Positions 1-12,970 of a DNA stretch of 64,000 nucleotides are shown piece by piece. Under the pieces are notes generated by a model. The model saw only the letters and a list, made by a program, of their open reading frames with translations, did not search any database and was not told the origin of the DNA. The number at the start of each line of letters is the position of its first letter. Within the stretch, counting starts at the first letter, position 1. The DNA is taken from positions 124,001 through 188,000 of the forward strand of contig QPGO01000142.1 in assembly GCA_008632985.1 (NCBI GenBank), written 5' to 3'. Made by a program: the position numbers and the translations under genes. The DNA comes from Psammoneis japonica (lineage: Eukaryota).

Positions 1-2
1 TG

Positions 3-635
3 AGAACAGATTTTGTGAAACTGCGACTGCGCAAGGTTTTAGTAGGTCCTTTGACGCTACCGGAAGCTCATTCCTTCTTGATGAAGCAGCTACCAGCGGG
101 ATGGACTGATGTCCAGAAACAAACAGTATCGCAGGAGGTCACATCAAAACTTGGATGTGTTGTTCTTATTCTAACCGATATCTGCAAGGAATTTACTGAA
201 GGAATGAGAACGGACGACTCGCTGAACATTGTGCGGAATACCCACAAAGCCAAAAAGACCCAAGTTTTTAATCGACTCAAAGAATTTGATTCTCTTGTGG
301 CCACGAAGCTAGGGGAATTGCCAAACAAACCACCTGCTCCATCGTTCAAGACGGAAGGCGGTCTGGATGAAGAGGGCTTGGGAAAGCTCACAGGATATTT
401 GACCTTCTCTGGGTTTATAAGGCTGATTGAAGAAATTGGATCACCCTACATCTTTGAAATCGACCCGTTCACTGAACAAGTGACATTAGGTGGTCCAGTT
501 GTGAAGGAAGCTTTCATGGAGCATTATACGTTGCATAAAAAACTGTGCATTTTTGTTAGAGACGCTAAGTCTTACGTGACGAGAGCGCCCGGCCTAGTCA
601 TGTCAGCCCCCAAATGTCTGCTGCTTCATCAATGA
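3..635 (+). CDS. 3' part of an uncharacterised protein (frame open to the window edge)
   Basis: Open frame of >200 codons with normal TA/CG content and natural amino-acid composition. VLVGPLTLPEAHSFL loosely resembles the segment following P-loop ATPase domains, but this is not diagnostic. Confidence 0.45.
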   Translation, partial: RTDFVKLRLRKVLVGPLTLPEAHSFLMKQLPAGWTDVQKQTVSQEVTSKLGCVVLILTDICKEFTEGMRTDDSLNIVRNTHKAKKTQVFNRLKEFDSLVATKLGELPNKPPAPSFKTEGGLDEEGLGKLTGYLTFSGFIRLIEEIGSPYIFEIDPFTEQVTLGGPVVKEAFMEHYTLHKKLCIFVRDAKSYVTRAPGLVMSAPKCLLLHQ

Positions 636-834
636 ATTTTTGGTGCTGTATCTTGACCTCCTCGACGGTCCACGCCTCATTTTCGGCCACTTCACGTGTC
701 GTAGGCCCTCCCCATCATTTTGTAGGCCCAAAAGATGCCCATCGTGAGGAAGGCATCACTTGGGCTGGGATGCTCCCCAAGGCCTGCAGCAGCCAGCACT
801 TCTTTGGCTTGTGCTGTGGCTTTCTTCAGGTTCA

Positions 835-1046
835 TTGTGGTGCCCCATGCTTGCATGGGGACCCCTCTGTGCAGAGGTCTACATGCATTTTTGCATGTGG
901 CGCTGAAACATGAAGCCTGCATGCACAAAAGTGGCGCAGTTTCTGCTGCAAAAATCCAAAAAAAGCCTGGTTTGTGAGAGAAACACTGGAAGAAAATGCG
1001 TGCAGACTGCTGCAGTGGGTTCCCATGTGCACATGGGGTGCCATGA
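835..1046. repeat. Degenerate inverted repeat (MITE-like relic), arms ~835-891 and ~993-1046
   Basis: Left arm ttgtggtgccccatgcttgcatggggacccc..gtctacatgcatttt aligns to the reverse complement of the right arm tcatggcaccccatgtgcacatgggaaccc..gtctgcacgcatttt. Confidence 0.55.
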
Positions 1047-1449
1047 CAAAGGTGGTCCAGCTGCTCTTCTGTGGGTGAGAGCCAAAAATCAAGAACTCCA
1101 GTGGCCGCTGACAAAACTGCATCTTGAAGTTGGCTTGGGACAAGTGCCCAAAAACATGCCAACAACCACAACAGTGGTGGTGGTGGAAGTGGGAGTCAGA
1201 GAGAGAGAGAGAGAGGGCAAATGAGCAATGCACAAGATGGGAAGTCATCTCAAGCAACATTCAAAAAACAACAACAGCGCAACAACGGTGCCCAAAAGCA
1301 CCTGCTTGGCATCAATGCGTGCATGCCCAACTTTTGTTGGGAGACTGTGCAAAGTTAAACCACCCATGTTGAGTGCTTTTGAGCAAAAGTGGCAACTTGG
1401 TCTGCTGATTGTCCACTCACAGGGGTCTGAACCACCAACCTGCTGCACA

Positions 1450-2620
1450 GCATGACTTGGTGCTCCTTGAGTGCACTCAAGTGGGTGCCCGATCATGGTC
1501 ACAATCTGTCGAGGTTCGCTGCACCCAAATTCTCAGGCCAGCACATCATCTCATCCAGCTTTTTTATCCAATGTTTTGGCTCCAGCTTTCTTGCAACCAT
1601 TGTCACATTTAGCAGTGAACATGTGGCATCCGTCTTTGGCCCAACAGATGGCAGTCGATGCAATGCCACATCTGCGATGAGCCCATCTTGTTTACATTTT
1701 CCAAATGCCAAGCCTGCGCAGTCAATGCTGCACTTCTCTTGAGCATTTCTGTTTTGCACAGTCAGGCATCAGATGTGCAACAAATGAAGAAAGAAGCAAC
1801 AAGCATGCTTGGTGCTGCACTTGTTGAGAACATCTGTGTTTGTCAGTCTGCTGTTGTCTTGTTGCAATGGAATCAGAGAGTCAGCCATGAGGGCTGCCGT
1901 CTCAGTGTGCACACCCCAAACAAACAAAAGAGATGCCACGGCTTGCCAATCTACATTGTTCAAAAACCCATTGATGCTGTTGACCTTGTTGAAACAAAAC
2001 TTGCCCGGTCCCTCCTTGCCCACGAAACGTTCATGGCGGTCAGTCATTTCTTTTCACAACATCTCCAATGCCTGCTTGCCTCTTTTGCATGCCGGCAACA
2101 ATTTTGATGCTGCAAGCAGACCACAGTTGTAATCCACAAAGTCCTGGACTTGTTCAGGAGACACTTTTTCACCTGAAAACATCTGGGCAAAGAGTTGGAG
2201 GCAGATGGCAGAGAATTCTGGAGTGACAAAGACTGAGGCATCTGGATTTTCCCTTGTGCACTGCTGCAAATTGACAATGCAACTGTCGAGTTCAGCATTT
2301 GCAATGCTTGTGTTGTGTTCCAATGCACTCTCACCCAAAAAAAGACATTGGGCAAGGCTGAGTGAATGACTCTGCTTGTCAATTCGTTGTCTCTGATGAA
2401 TTCTCCAACAGCATCAAGCCCACCAACAACCACAGCTGGTTTCAGAAAGAGATTTGTCACAAAAACAGGACCAAGCTCTTTTGATCTAACGTCAATGAAT
2501 TCTTCCAGATGCTTCAAGAAGCACAAAACAAAATCCTTTATTTTCCAAAATGGGCCTTGGGGGTGATGTGGTGGCAGAGAAGCAAAGACAAATCAGCTGA
2601 TGACAACATCTTTGTGCTTT
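1450..2620 (-). pseudogene. Decayed cytochrome P450
   Basis: Frameshifted fragments in colinear order: FIDVRSKELGPVFVTNLFLKPAVVVGG (N-terminal region), QDFVDYNCGLL..KRGKQALEML (F/G region), LLFVWGVHTETAALMA (I-helix, AGHETT-like). I could not recover the heme FxxGxxxC motif. Confidence 0.6.
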
Positions 2621-4212
2621 GTGCTGCCAAGATGTAGATTCTCTGCAAGGATCCTGCAACACCTGCAATCCCTGCAATGCCTGCAGTTCCCAGTGTGCAG
2701 AGCCTGACCATTCTGTCTTCTCCTGCTTTGCAATCACCAAGCTGATTGCCTTCTGTTGTTCTCCACCTCTCTCTTTTGTTTCTGTTGTGTGTGACAAGCC
2801 AAATGAGGGTGGGACCCAAAACATGGTGAAATGTGGAGTGTGTGATCATGAGTTTCAGCACAACATTGTTGTGGGACTCAGAGCAGTGGATGTCATCACA
2901 TCCTTGAATAATCCACAATCAACTTGACTCAGCTCATCCTTTGCACATGGTTGTGGATGACAGATGGACACTGTCATTGCCTCCCCTGGCCTGCTCTTGC
3001 CTCATCCTTTCCAAAGAACAAGCTCTCACAGCACCGCAAAAGCCACTGGGTGGGATGCATCCTCCCATGCTCTTAACAGGATCATGTGAAAAACTTCTAG
3101 AGCCAACCTGTCCCACAGTCTTCACACCTGTCACAACCAGTGCAGCCACATCAGATGCCTCAAAGCTCCAAAATGTGTGGAGCAGCATTGAGCTTCAAGT
3201 GCTTGAAAGATGATGTTGTGCTTGCCACAACTCTCACACCAGACACACTCATGCTGCACTGCACTCACAGCACTGAATCCTCATGATTGTGTCCTTCTAG
3301 CCCTTCACAGTGGTGAAATCAAACCATTGAGCAAGGGATCCAGAGCAGCTCAATGAACAAAATTTGTGTGTGAGTTTGACTCATCTCGCACCTGGCAAAC
3401 AGCTCCAGCTGTCAGAGTGTTTAGACCTGGGGCATCAACCCCCAAGCCAACTGCTCCACAGTCACAGACTGGATGAAAAGAACCCAAGCTGGCACCTGAA
3501 GCAGTCCTACAATGCAAAATGTCAGACTGAAAAGAAGAAAGAACACAGTGCACAAAATGCATTTCCTGACCTGGCAACCAGTCTGGAACATGCCCAACAC
3601 AGTGTGACAAAACAAGACAAAACTTCAAAGCTTCTTTCATTGAAAAAAAATCAGTGCAATGGACATCAGAGACTGCTTGAGGACACTCAGGACCTTGAAG
3701 CCCAACTGTTGCTTTGCACAAATCAAGTGGTCCTGCCACAAAATGTCTTGCCAAAGGAAAAGGAGCAGAAGGCTGCCAAACTAAAGAGCAATTTGTTGCC
3801 AGAATTTCACCTGTCTTCTGAGGCCTGACAGGAAAAGGCTCTGGCTTTTGATTGTCAGCACGAAGCTTTCAAACGTCAGGTCAGAGTCTGCTGATGGTCA
3901 AAAGGTGCAAATGTTGTCACAGCAGCAGAGTGCATTGCCGGAACAATTTTGTGTCCAGTGCTTCAACAACCCCCATGGAGCACACCACCCATGTCAGTTG
4001 TAGAGCCGTTTCACATGGTTCATTGCTGGAGTCACACAATGGGTTGGCAAATCCCCCAACACTGTCATCATGCTCACACTCAAGAGAGAATGCATGTCTC
4101 ACACCAAGAGAATGTTGTTGTGGACAAAAATCATAAAACAAAGGTCAAAAGAATCCAACAAATGCTCACAGTCTTGTTGGAAAAGTTGCCAACATCACAG
4201 TGCCAACTTGAC

Positions 4213-5549
4213 TTAAAGTGTCAAATCAAACTCCATGACTGCAAAGTGTTTTGACAACTCCAGAGGAGACACTTTTCCAAGATCTCTGCTGCCTCTACAG
4301 AATGAGTTGGTTGGAGAGTTTGACCAACAATCATTGAGATCTTCCACACCAGGAATGCCAGTTGCAAGTGAAAGGATGTTGTTGCATGTCTCCCCCATCT
4401 TGAGGGTGACTCGTCTACCTTGAGGGTGGCACAAAGTGATGTCTGAACCATTGATTGTCCAGCAGCTGCTGCAATGGCGCCAATGAAGAACCACGTTGTT
4501 TCCCAGTTTGATCATGAAAGACTTGGCAACTTCATTGACATTCAGGACCAGCTCTGAAGGAATCTTGCAGCAACGCACATCAGCCATGGTGCACACAGCA
4601 TGTCCATTGACAGGTTGCAAAGGCCTGGTTGCAAATGTCTGTTGCATTTTTGAATGCTTTCCTCTTCCTCTCCTTCCATCAAAGTTGAGATGAACATCTC
4701 TGCTCAGAGCAAGACAATTGAACTCAGGTCGGTCCAACCATTCACATGTGCCTTGACATTTGGCACTGGGAAACACATGTGCAGACTCAGGGTCTGCCAT
4801 TCCAAAGGAGTTGTCATTTTTGATCTGTTGAAACTGAAATGCAGGGTCATGTCTTGAAAGTAAAGTCACATCAATGGTGATGTCACCTGAGCACATGTCT
4901 GCAACAGTGTCAACCAGTGGCAATCTGGGCTCTGACTCTCTGTCTTGTGGCTTCCAATGCATCTGCAGCACAATGTCAGATGGGGTGATTTGACAGCTGG
5001 GCATCTGTGTCATTCTTGGCTCATCCACGGTGCTCCCTTCATCATTCAGGAGAATGAGATGATCTTTGTTCTTCATCAAATGCGTTGTGACACCGCTGAT
5101 GACATGAATGGAGATGAGTGTCACAGGTCTTAAAAAAACACAGCAAATTTGACAATGGAATGATGCACTTCTCTGTCTGCACCATTTGATGAAAAGATTG
5201 ATCTTTTGTCTGCCCCCAAGTCATCACGTGAACACAAACCACTGTGAGTGCATGCCAATTTAAACAACTTGCAATGGCCTCTGAATGGCTGACTGGCTGA
5301 GATGTTGTCCCTGAGACCTTGAATCAAGGCATTTGCTGTTGTTGCTGCTGCTGTGATGCACAGTTTTTAAGGGCCCCCCAACTCAGGCAAATTCAACCCG
5401 CAATCATTCCTGATTTCTTTCCACAACTCATTGTTGTTGTTTGCAGGCAAGTCTTCCAGAGGATGTGGTGTGGTGTGGCAGCACCTGAAAGCTGGCTTTT
5501 GGGTGCACTCTCCACCAAGAGTCCATGCGTCGATGGGGTTGTTGCACAC
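4213..5549 (-). pseudogene. Decayed HNH-endonuclease-domain gene (HNH_2 / Crinkler-like C-terminal nuclease)
   Basis: ESAHVFP...FNCLALSRDVHLNFDG fits the AHIxP...NxLxLxxxxHxxFD HNH_2 pattern. The 303-aa ORF has no Tyr. Upstream fragments are broken. Confidence 0.5.
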
Positions 5550-6339
5550 GCTTCACATGCCTGAGTGCACAGAGGCTCATGGTGGAGAGTGTTTTGGGTG
5601 ACCAAGTTGAAGGAGGATGCTTGTGTGGTTGCCATGGTGCTGTTTTTGTCTCAGTGATCATCGGGTGTGAGAACTCAGCAAAAGGATGATGGACAGACCA
5701 GACTCTTGTCCCTCTGAGGAGGAGAGAGCTGAAGCAGTTTAGAGGGAGCAGAGCAAGATTGTGGAGATGGTGGAACCTGAAGACGCTGATGATTTCAGCA
5801 GCTGCTTTGACACTTGTGACAACTTGGATTGGGATGATCTGATTGCTCTTTTTCCCTGTCCTCAATGTTGTTGAGCTGACTCTGATGGCAAGGTCTGGGG
5901 TGCAACCTCTGAGCCCAACACTCCAGGCACCCTTGAGCAGGCACCCACTCTCAGCTGGTTTGTCATTGGCTCTCATCCCCACTCAAGCTGCCCATTTTTT
6001 GGCTCTCTGCCATGGTTTGAGAAGGCAGCCTGTGTGGGGCTCTGGTGGGCACTGGCAGAAACCATTCTCTGGCTGCTGCCATCACATCTCTGTGCCACAC
6101 CATCTCTCCAGCACAAGCCCACCCTGTCAGACACCCACGTTGTTGGGGTGTCATTGCCTGTGCAACTGCCTTGTGTTTCCTTTCCACCCAACAAGAGGGC
6201 AGCCCAAGCTCTCAACAGATGCATCAATCAAGCATGTTGGACTTAGAAGCAGCTGCACATGAGGAGCTTCCAGTCACCAGGAGCGATTCTTTGATGCCAA
6301 GATGTTTTGTGAGACAGGTTGTTTCAGCTTCACACTGTC

Positions 6340-6960
6340 TTTGGCATCTCTGAGTTGTGTTGCAACCAATGCATCATTGACTGCACTGAGTTCCAGCCTG
6401 CCATTGCCACCAAGCCAGTTGTCCATGTCCCAGGCAGCACCAGTGCATCTCCTTCTCCCATTGTGCAACCCACTGCAGCTGCCACTTAGGCTCTTGCCAG
6501 AGGAGCTTCCCAGCTTTCATGCCTGGCTGGGGACCCCCACTTCCTCTCATGTCAACTGGGCAGCTCCAGCCCTGCCACACTCAAGAACAAAAACTTTGAC
6601 AAGACAACTGAACAAAACCACCTGCCCCTCTGTGACTTGGTGGCTGTGCCATCAATTGCACCAAGTTCTAGTCTGTCATTGCTGCTGGGCCAGTTGCCCA
6701 TGCCCCAGACAGCATTGCAGTGCACCTCCTTCTCCAACTGCACATCCCACTGCTGTTGCCATCCCCCCAGGCACTTGCCAGAGCTTCCCAGCAGTCATGT
6801 CTGGCTGGGGGGACCCCTGCTTCCTCTCAATGTCACCTGGGCAGCTGTCACACAGCAGGTCATCTTTGATGCTGGCACTTGTCCAGCCCCATCACATTTG
6901 GCAACAAAGACTTCAAAACAAGACAGCCAAACAACTGCGTGCCCCTCTGTGACTGTCTTG
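6340..6960. repeat. Diverged tandem duplication, unit ~310 bp
   Basis: Shared blocks in both units: ccagttg.ccatg.cccag.cagca, gagcttcccagc, tggctggggg, ctgggcagct, tgcccctctgtgact. Confidence 0.6.
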
Positions 6961-7799
6961 GGCATTGCAAGCAACTCACAGCAGCAAAGCTCACATGTTC
7001 AAACTTGAAGCTGATGTGCACCTGAGGCTGACATCTGCCTGCTCTTTCCACAGCATCTCTTCAGTCGTCTGCTGGTGTCCAAGAGCCCCACTGGGGCACA
7101 ACACAGTGAGATCTTCAAGTTGCATTTTTTTGGCACTCCCAAGACCCACATTGGGCAGGATGAACACAGTCACTCATCAGACCCCATGTTCTGCAGTGCA
7201 TTGCTGAGAGCACTCCATCTGGTCCATTTCCAATGTGGCATGGGCTGTCATCTCTTGGGCATCCACCCTTTTGTCACAGTGGCATCAACAGCTTGCCAGG
7301 GCTTGCAGCAGTTGCCTGTGCTGCCCCTGTCTGCAATGCTCCAGGGGTGATCTTTTTTCAATGGCTGCTGCACTGGTCAAAAGGGAGAGCACACCACCTG
7401 CACACTGAGAAAACACCTCTGTTTGAAGAGCATCACCCAAGAAATGCCATTGACTTGACTGACAAGCCATTGTTTCTCATGGATGATTGGCTTGCTTCTC
7501 AAGCAGAAATGACAACATGAGGGGTGGGAGCACAAAGTGTCAGAAACATGCATCAGCAGAACAGCACACCCAGAACTCCAGCACCAGCAGCCAACCAAGG
7601 CCATCTGCAGGTCCATCACCCCCCATGGCACCAACTGCCCTGGTGTCTTGCCACTGGATGGTTCAACCTCAGGAGAGCTGCCATTGCAGCCTCCTCTCAA
7701 ACATCCAATCCATCAATGAGTGAGTTGGCATTTTGGACATCCAAGGACGCTTGTGTCTTCTGCACTGCCAAGACCAAAAAAGACAAAGAAGCACCAAAT

Positions 7800-8400
7800 G
7801 TGTGAGCTCTCACACAGACAAGTTTGGACAGCAGCACATCAAGGGTGATGACACTGTTGTCCATTGCAAAACATGACAGTTTGTGGAGTGCAAGAAGCCC
7901 ATGAATGCACTAAGATTGACCTGGGCTTTTAAGTCAAAGGATCCACCTGGCAGGACTTCACTGAAATTCAAGGCATGGCTTTGTTGTTGAGATGATTTGC
8001 AAATGGAGGGAGTTGATCACTTTGAGAAGTTTGCTCCAGTGGTCCAGCAGTCAACTGTTGGTCTATTTTTGAGTGTCGCACTGTGCAAAAAGGCCAGGCT
8101 GCATGCCAGGTTGTCTGCACTGGTGCTCTTGCACAAGCCAAAACCTTTTAAGATGTCTGCATCCACCCCCCCCCCCCCCCCAAGTTTTTTTGCCCCAGCT
8201 CTGCTGGTGCCAGCATTGTTCTTGAGCCACTCAGATGTCTCTGTGCATCAATGCAAGCCCCAAAATGGTTTTCTTTTGCAGAGCTGCACAGTGGGTTGCT
8301 TGAGTGTGGGTGGACTCAGTCTCAAGTGGACGCATGCTTTTTTTCAAGGATGGTGTGCTGCAAAGTCCAAAGCCTTTCTGATGTGAAAGATGGCACAATC
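7800..8400 (+). mobile_element. Ty1/Copia reverse transcriptase relic
   Basis: TWAFK..., KFKA, QMEGVDHFEKFAPVVQQSTV (consensus QxEGVDYFETFAPVVxWxTV) and APKWF..LHSGLLECGWTQSQVDACFF (consensus GFxQSxxDPCLF). Confidence 0.75.
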
Positions 8401-8444
8401 CCTTCCATCTTTGTGAGGATGATTGAGACTTTCTCAAGTTTGCA

Positions 8445-9135
8445 AAGTCACAAACTTGCCAATCTGCTCTGTCATTTGATCTCTGCTCAGTTTGCAGCCA
8501 CACCTGCTTCCGAAGAGAAGCTTTTGCATCTCACACAAAACTGTCAATGCTGTGAGCAGCCTCAAGCAGCCACTCTTGCATTTACAATGCTGCACTGCTG
8601 TGCATGCCAGTTGCCAGTGCATGGAGCCTGACTGTTCTGTCTTCTCCTGCTTGGATGATGCAAACCACTTCTTGTCAGAACCACGCCCGCTCTCGATGGT
8701 GAATCCATCCAGAGTGCAATGCTGTCTGTTTGTGTGCCTTCCAGAAAATGTCCTTTTGGAACCTGAACAATGCCTTGCACATGCAAAGATTTCAGTGACA
8801 AATTTGCCAATCATTTGATCTCTGCTCAGTTTGCAGCCATGCCAGCTTCTGGAGCAACAAGGAAGCTTTTGCATCGCTGTCGATGATGCTGTCAGCAACC
8901 TCAAGCAACCACTCTTGCATTCGCAAAGCTGCATTGCCAGTGCATGGAGCCTGGCCATTCTATCTTCTGCTGCTTTGATGATGCAAACCACTTCTTGTCA
9001 GTTGTCAGAACGATGGTCGCTCTCGGCGCATCTATTTGGAATGCAATGCTTTCTGTTTGTCTGCCTTTCGGAAAAAGTCGTTTCCGAACCTGAACCACAC
9101 CTTGCACACACACACAAACATTCACCAATCTGCTC
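8445..9135. repeat. Tandem duplication, unit ~345 bp, with a partial third copy at ~2690-2740
   Basis: tcatttgatctctgctcagtttgcagcca, ctcaagca.ccactcttgcat, ttgccagtgcatggagcctg and gatgatgcaaaccacttcttgtcag each occur in both units. Confidence 0.75.
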
Positions 9136-9194
9136 TCTACTCTCTACGAGTAGTGCTTCTGTACATTTTAGATTTAGAAGTATGAAGGAACTCT

Positions 9195-12100
9195 TTAAAC
9201 AACATCGGCTACATCATCCGAAAAGCCTGTAGGATCAGCGGTTTCCTGTGAATTTTCACGTCCGTTGCCTTGGACTTCTGGCTGTGGCTCCAATAATGGA
9301 AATGTTCTGATTTGATTCTTTTCCCATTCCACTGTGCTAGTTGTGACCACGCACACTATTACCTCCCATATATAAGGAACGAAGAATATTTCTGGGTCTG
9401 CCTCTTCTTCATAAGTAAAGGTAAAGTCAGCCGGATCTTCCTGTAGACCCTCGTCATTGGTAGCAACGCTGTCAAAGGAATATTCATTGTACTTGAGCTG
9501 TACAGTTTGCTTAATGTCCTTTATGGATTTCGAAAGGACTCGCATCGCCTTGGGTGCGGTCCGGGCATCGCCGTCCTTTTGAATCGCCTTATCTGCCTCG
9601 GAAATGACTGCTCGGATGAAGCCAACTTGCGATTCAGTAAACGGACCTGATCATTGTTTATTGGAAACCGTGAACAAAAGGCAATCAGAAAACACTCGTG
9701 ACCAGGTTATCCATCAAATGCTACGAGAAGATTCCATACTTACTTTGTTCTGATGTGGCGCTGTGAAAGTCGCTCTGATGGTAAACGAGCGAATACACCA
9801 AATGTACGTTCTTGTCTATGTTCTTGGGTCCGACACAATGGCGTATCACTCGTAACAGTGTGCTCGACAACTGTAGGATCGCCCGAAATGCAGAGTCAGA
9901 TAAAATTTTAAGACGATGCTCGGCATCTGGTAGACAGTCTCGAAATACAATCAGCTTACCTCGCCGTACATGCCAACATCTGTGGTAATATCATGTTCTA
10001 GGGGAACGTCTCCGCCGGATTTCGCCACCAGCACCTTGTATCTTTTCATAGTCGACATTGTGAAAGATGCCAACCTAATGGCTGCATATTCATGAAGGTT
10101 GCAAATGTTGGGCGACAAGTTCATCAGAACGGCAATGCAATTGCTCAAAAGAAACGGGTCCTTCAAGCGGTTGAGATTGAAGGTAATGCATCGCAGCAAC
10201 ACCAAAATCAAAACAGAACCGAGATTGATATCTTTAAGTTGGCGTTCTTTGTACCAAACCACGTTGGACACTTTGACGCGACGAAAGCCATCGTCGGCAA
10301 AGGAAGGGTCTTGCGAAAAGAGCAAGAGCAAAATCAAAATGACATAGAGTTGCGATTGTGACCGAAAAGGGCAAGCGGCGGCTGTCGCACCATCACCACG
10401 AATTGTTGTAATTGACGCTCCGTCCTTTTGAGACCACTGTCCACTGGCGGATGCAAAGTACAATGTTCGCAACAGCGGCAGTACCAGGGTATCCAGATCG
10501 GATCGGACCGCAAGCGATGCTGCAAATATTGGTGACGATTGTATGAGTGTGTACAGAACGAGCGCTCCAAGCTCTGTGTGCAAAACGTTGCCAAAGGCAT
10601 CGAAAAGCGACTCAAAGTTCGCCGTCAAGAGTTGTCGACGGGGACCAAAAGCTTTTGCTGCCGATAATTGGGTTGAACCATTTCTGGTTTCCTCAATGCC
10701 ATCCTTGCCGTCATTGCCAAAGGATTGTAACTCGGTCTCGGAATCAAATCCTAGACCAGCTTTGGCAGCGTGACCCAATGGATCTAGAAAAGAAGCTTCC
10801 GCCTTGCCAAATCCTTCCCATCGATTGTCATTAAATGTTTTCAGTTCAGATCGAAATGGATTGCTTTCCAAATCATCACTCTGTTGACTCGAGGATGGTG
10901 CTGCTCGGTAATTGTTGGTCAAGAGCAAAAATAAGCAACATCCCAGATCAGCCACGGGAGACTCGGAAAGCCACAGCACATCATTGGTGCGGCGACTCCC
11001 ACCCGCAGACGAATTGAATTGAAGCATGCGGGTTTCATCATAGCCCGTCGACGACGAGTCGCCAGACGTGATACGATAGCCCTTGTATCCCCATAACCCC
11101 AACGCCAAGCTCATGAGACGAAACGGCAACATGATGAGCGTCGAAGACAAGACCAATACGCCTTTTGTTGCATCCAGAATCATTCGAGATGGTGGGCGCA
11201 AGTGATGATGACGAGCAGCGCCTTGTTGGTTGACTAGCGGCGTCAAATCAGAGTGGGATCCATTCTCGTGTTGTTTGACGTTATGATGACTTTCTTGGGC
11301 AGCCATTACAATGACGTGACTCTCATACATGCCATCGACACCCACCTTTTCACCTTTTGCCTCTGCTACGGCACGTGCCAATTCGGCATTGTGATGGGCA
11401 ATCGATCGTTCCGGAGCAGCCGGACGCTGGACAAGCCACGTGATGCATGCTTTTAATATCGATTGGGGAGACCAGCTCACATTGTGCTTCTTGCTATGCG
11501 TTCCACTCGCATTTTCACCATTGTTCCCGTCGCTACTAGTACCATTGGAAATAGCAAACGCCTCTTGCTGACGTCGCTGCCATTTTCGTTGTTGCTGTTG
11601 TATCTTGGTTGCTTCCGCCATTATTTGATCGAGTGCATAATTCGGCTTTTCTGTGGAACGTGTTTGTGTTTCTTCTTGTCGTTGCGCACTGGACACCATG
11701 GGTTGATAGAGTTGACTGGAAAGCATCACCAGCACAAGTTCGAGAGAAAGCACAGTCGCATCGTACAACTCTGGAATACTCGTGAGTTGAGACAGAGCGT
11801 CAGGATTGCCAGTAGTAACATCCTCGGATATCACAGGATCTCCCATGTGCGAAAGAAACGATAAAAGAGACGAAACCAACTCGGCATGGGCATTGCGTTG
11901 TTGTGTCCGGTCTGCTGTTGTCTCATCCCGCGATCGATAAATGAGAGCATCTCGCAACGTATATTGATCATCATTGCTGCACTTGATTACAACGGCATGG
12001 ACAAGTATTCTAAACAGTTGAAGTGCACCAGCAGTGGCTCGTGCCTTTCCCACGAGTGCAATCCGCTGTGTAAAGCCACTGCCTGCGGCGCTCTGGGGTT

Positions 12101-12564
12101 GTTGTTGTTGAGGAGTCGTTGTTGTTGTTGCCTTTTGCAATTCTCGCACCATTCGTGCCACGTGAAGCGCAAATGCTGCTAAATTGGAAGAGGTGGATGC
12201 GTGCTTGGCCATGCTTTGACATGCCGGTAACACCACATCTTCTTGACTCGATTCTAAATGCACCCATACATCGTATCCGTGAAACACTTCTTGCCATCTG
12301 GGGTCATTCCATGGGATATGCGCCGGACCCGATATTTGAAACAAAAGACCTGCAAGACTGTCTGATGGTTCCAAGAGATATGCTCTCTAAAGATACATGA
12401 AAAGAGAAACAAGGCAGTAATGATAAACGGCGTGAGTCGTGGCGTCAAACAACATCAATGTCAGATTTCTGAAATTTCCACAACGTCACCCAAGCATTTG
12501 AAAAAAAAAACATGCGGAACAATTGATTTTCTGAACCACGTCGTACCTGAGGATCACCCCACAT
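9195..12564 (-). CDS. DYM: Dymeclin (Dymeclin/HID1 family Golgi protein); predicted exons 12564-12547, 12386-9960, 9870-9744, 9646-9195
   Basis: RSDLDTLVLPLLRTLY, WYKERQLKDINLGSVLILVLLRCI and C-terminal FTYEEEADPEIFFVPYIW are dymeclin hallmarks. Three GT-AG introns join the exons in frame; the first short exon is the least certain. Confidence 0.9.
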
Positions 12565-12845
12565 GGCTCAATTTTCAGATCGAGCCGGTACAATCTAATG
12601 AATATCGTTGCTTCTTTCAGCGACGGTGCCGTTGGTCATTGCCGAATCTGAAATCCGTCAGAAATAATGCCTTGTCGCGCATGAGTGACGGGTGCGGACA
12701 GACCGTTCGAGTGAGCGCCCGGCGCCGCGCGCACAAAGCCGCGCATCCTCGTCTGGGCATGACACGCACATCTCGCAGATCAACCGACACAAGCCAAAGC
12801 GCAACGGCTGAAGCAAGGCAAAGTAACCTTACTGTCGAGCGGGAC

Positions 12846-12970
12846 CTCTACTCTAGAGTAGAGCTAGTAGTAGAGGTAGTCTAGCTAGCTAGAGAAATCT
12901 CTAGCTAGTAGAGCTTGCAATCTAGCAGCTACCTGGTCTCTACAACACATTTTTCACAAACAGCTCTAGA
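12846..12970. promoter_or_regulatory. CTAG/TAG-rich intergenic element containing a perfect 18-bp palindrome (12846-12863)
   Basis: ctctactctagagtagag followed by repeated ctag/gtag units, between the RRF stop codon and the dymeclin start. Function not known. Confidence 0.35.

Larger units (their letters stand above)
700..9135. other. TpA- and CpG-depleted, TG/CA-rich block of decayed genes and transposons
   Basis: TA and CG almost vanish after ~700 and return abruptly at ~9135 (ctctactctctacgagtagt). ORFs here are Cys/His-rich and Tyr-poor. Confidence 0.9.
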
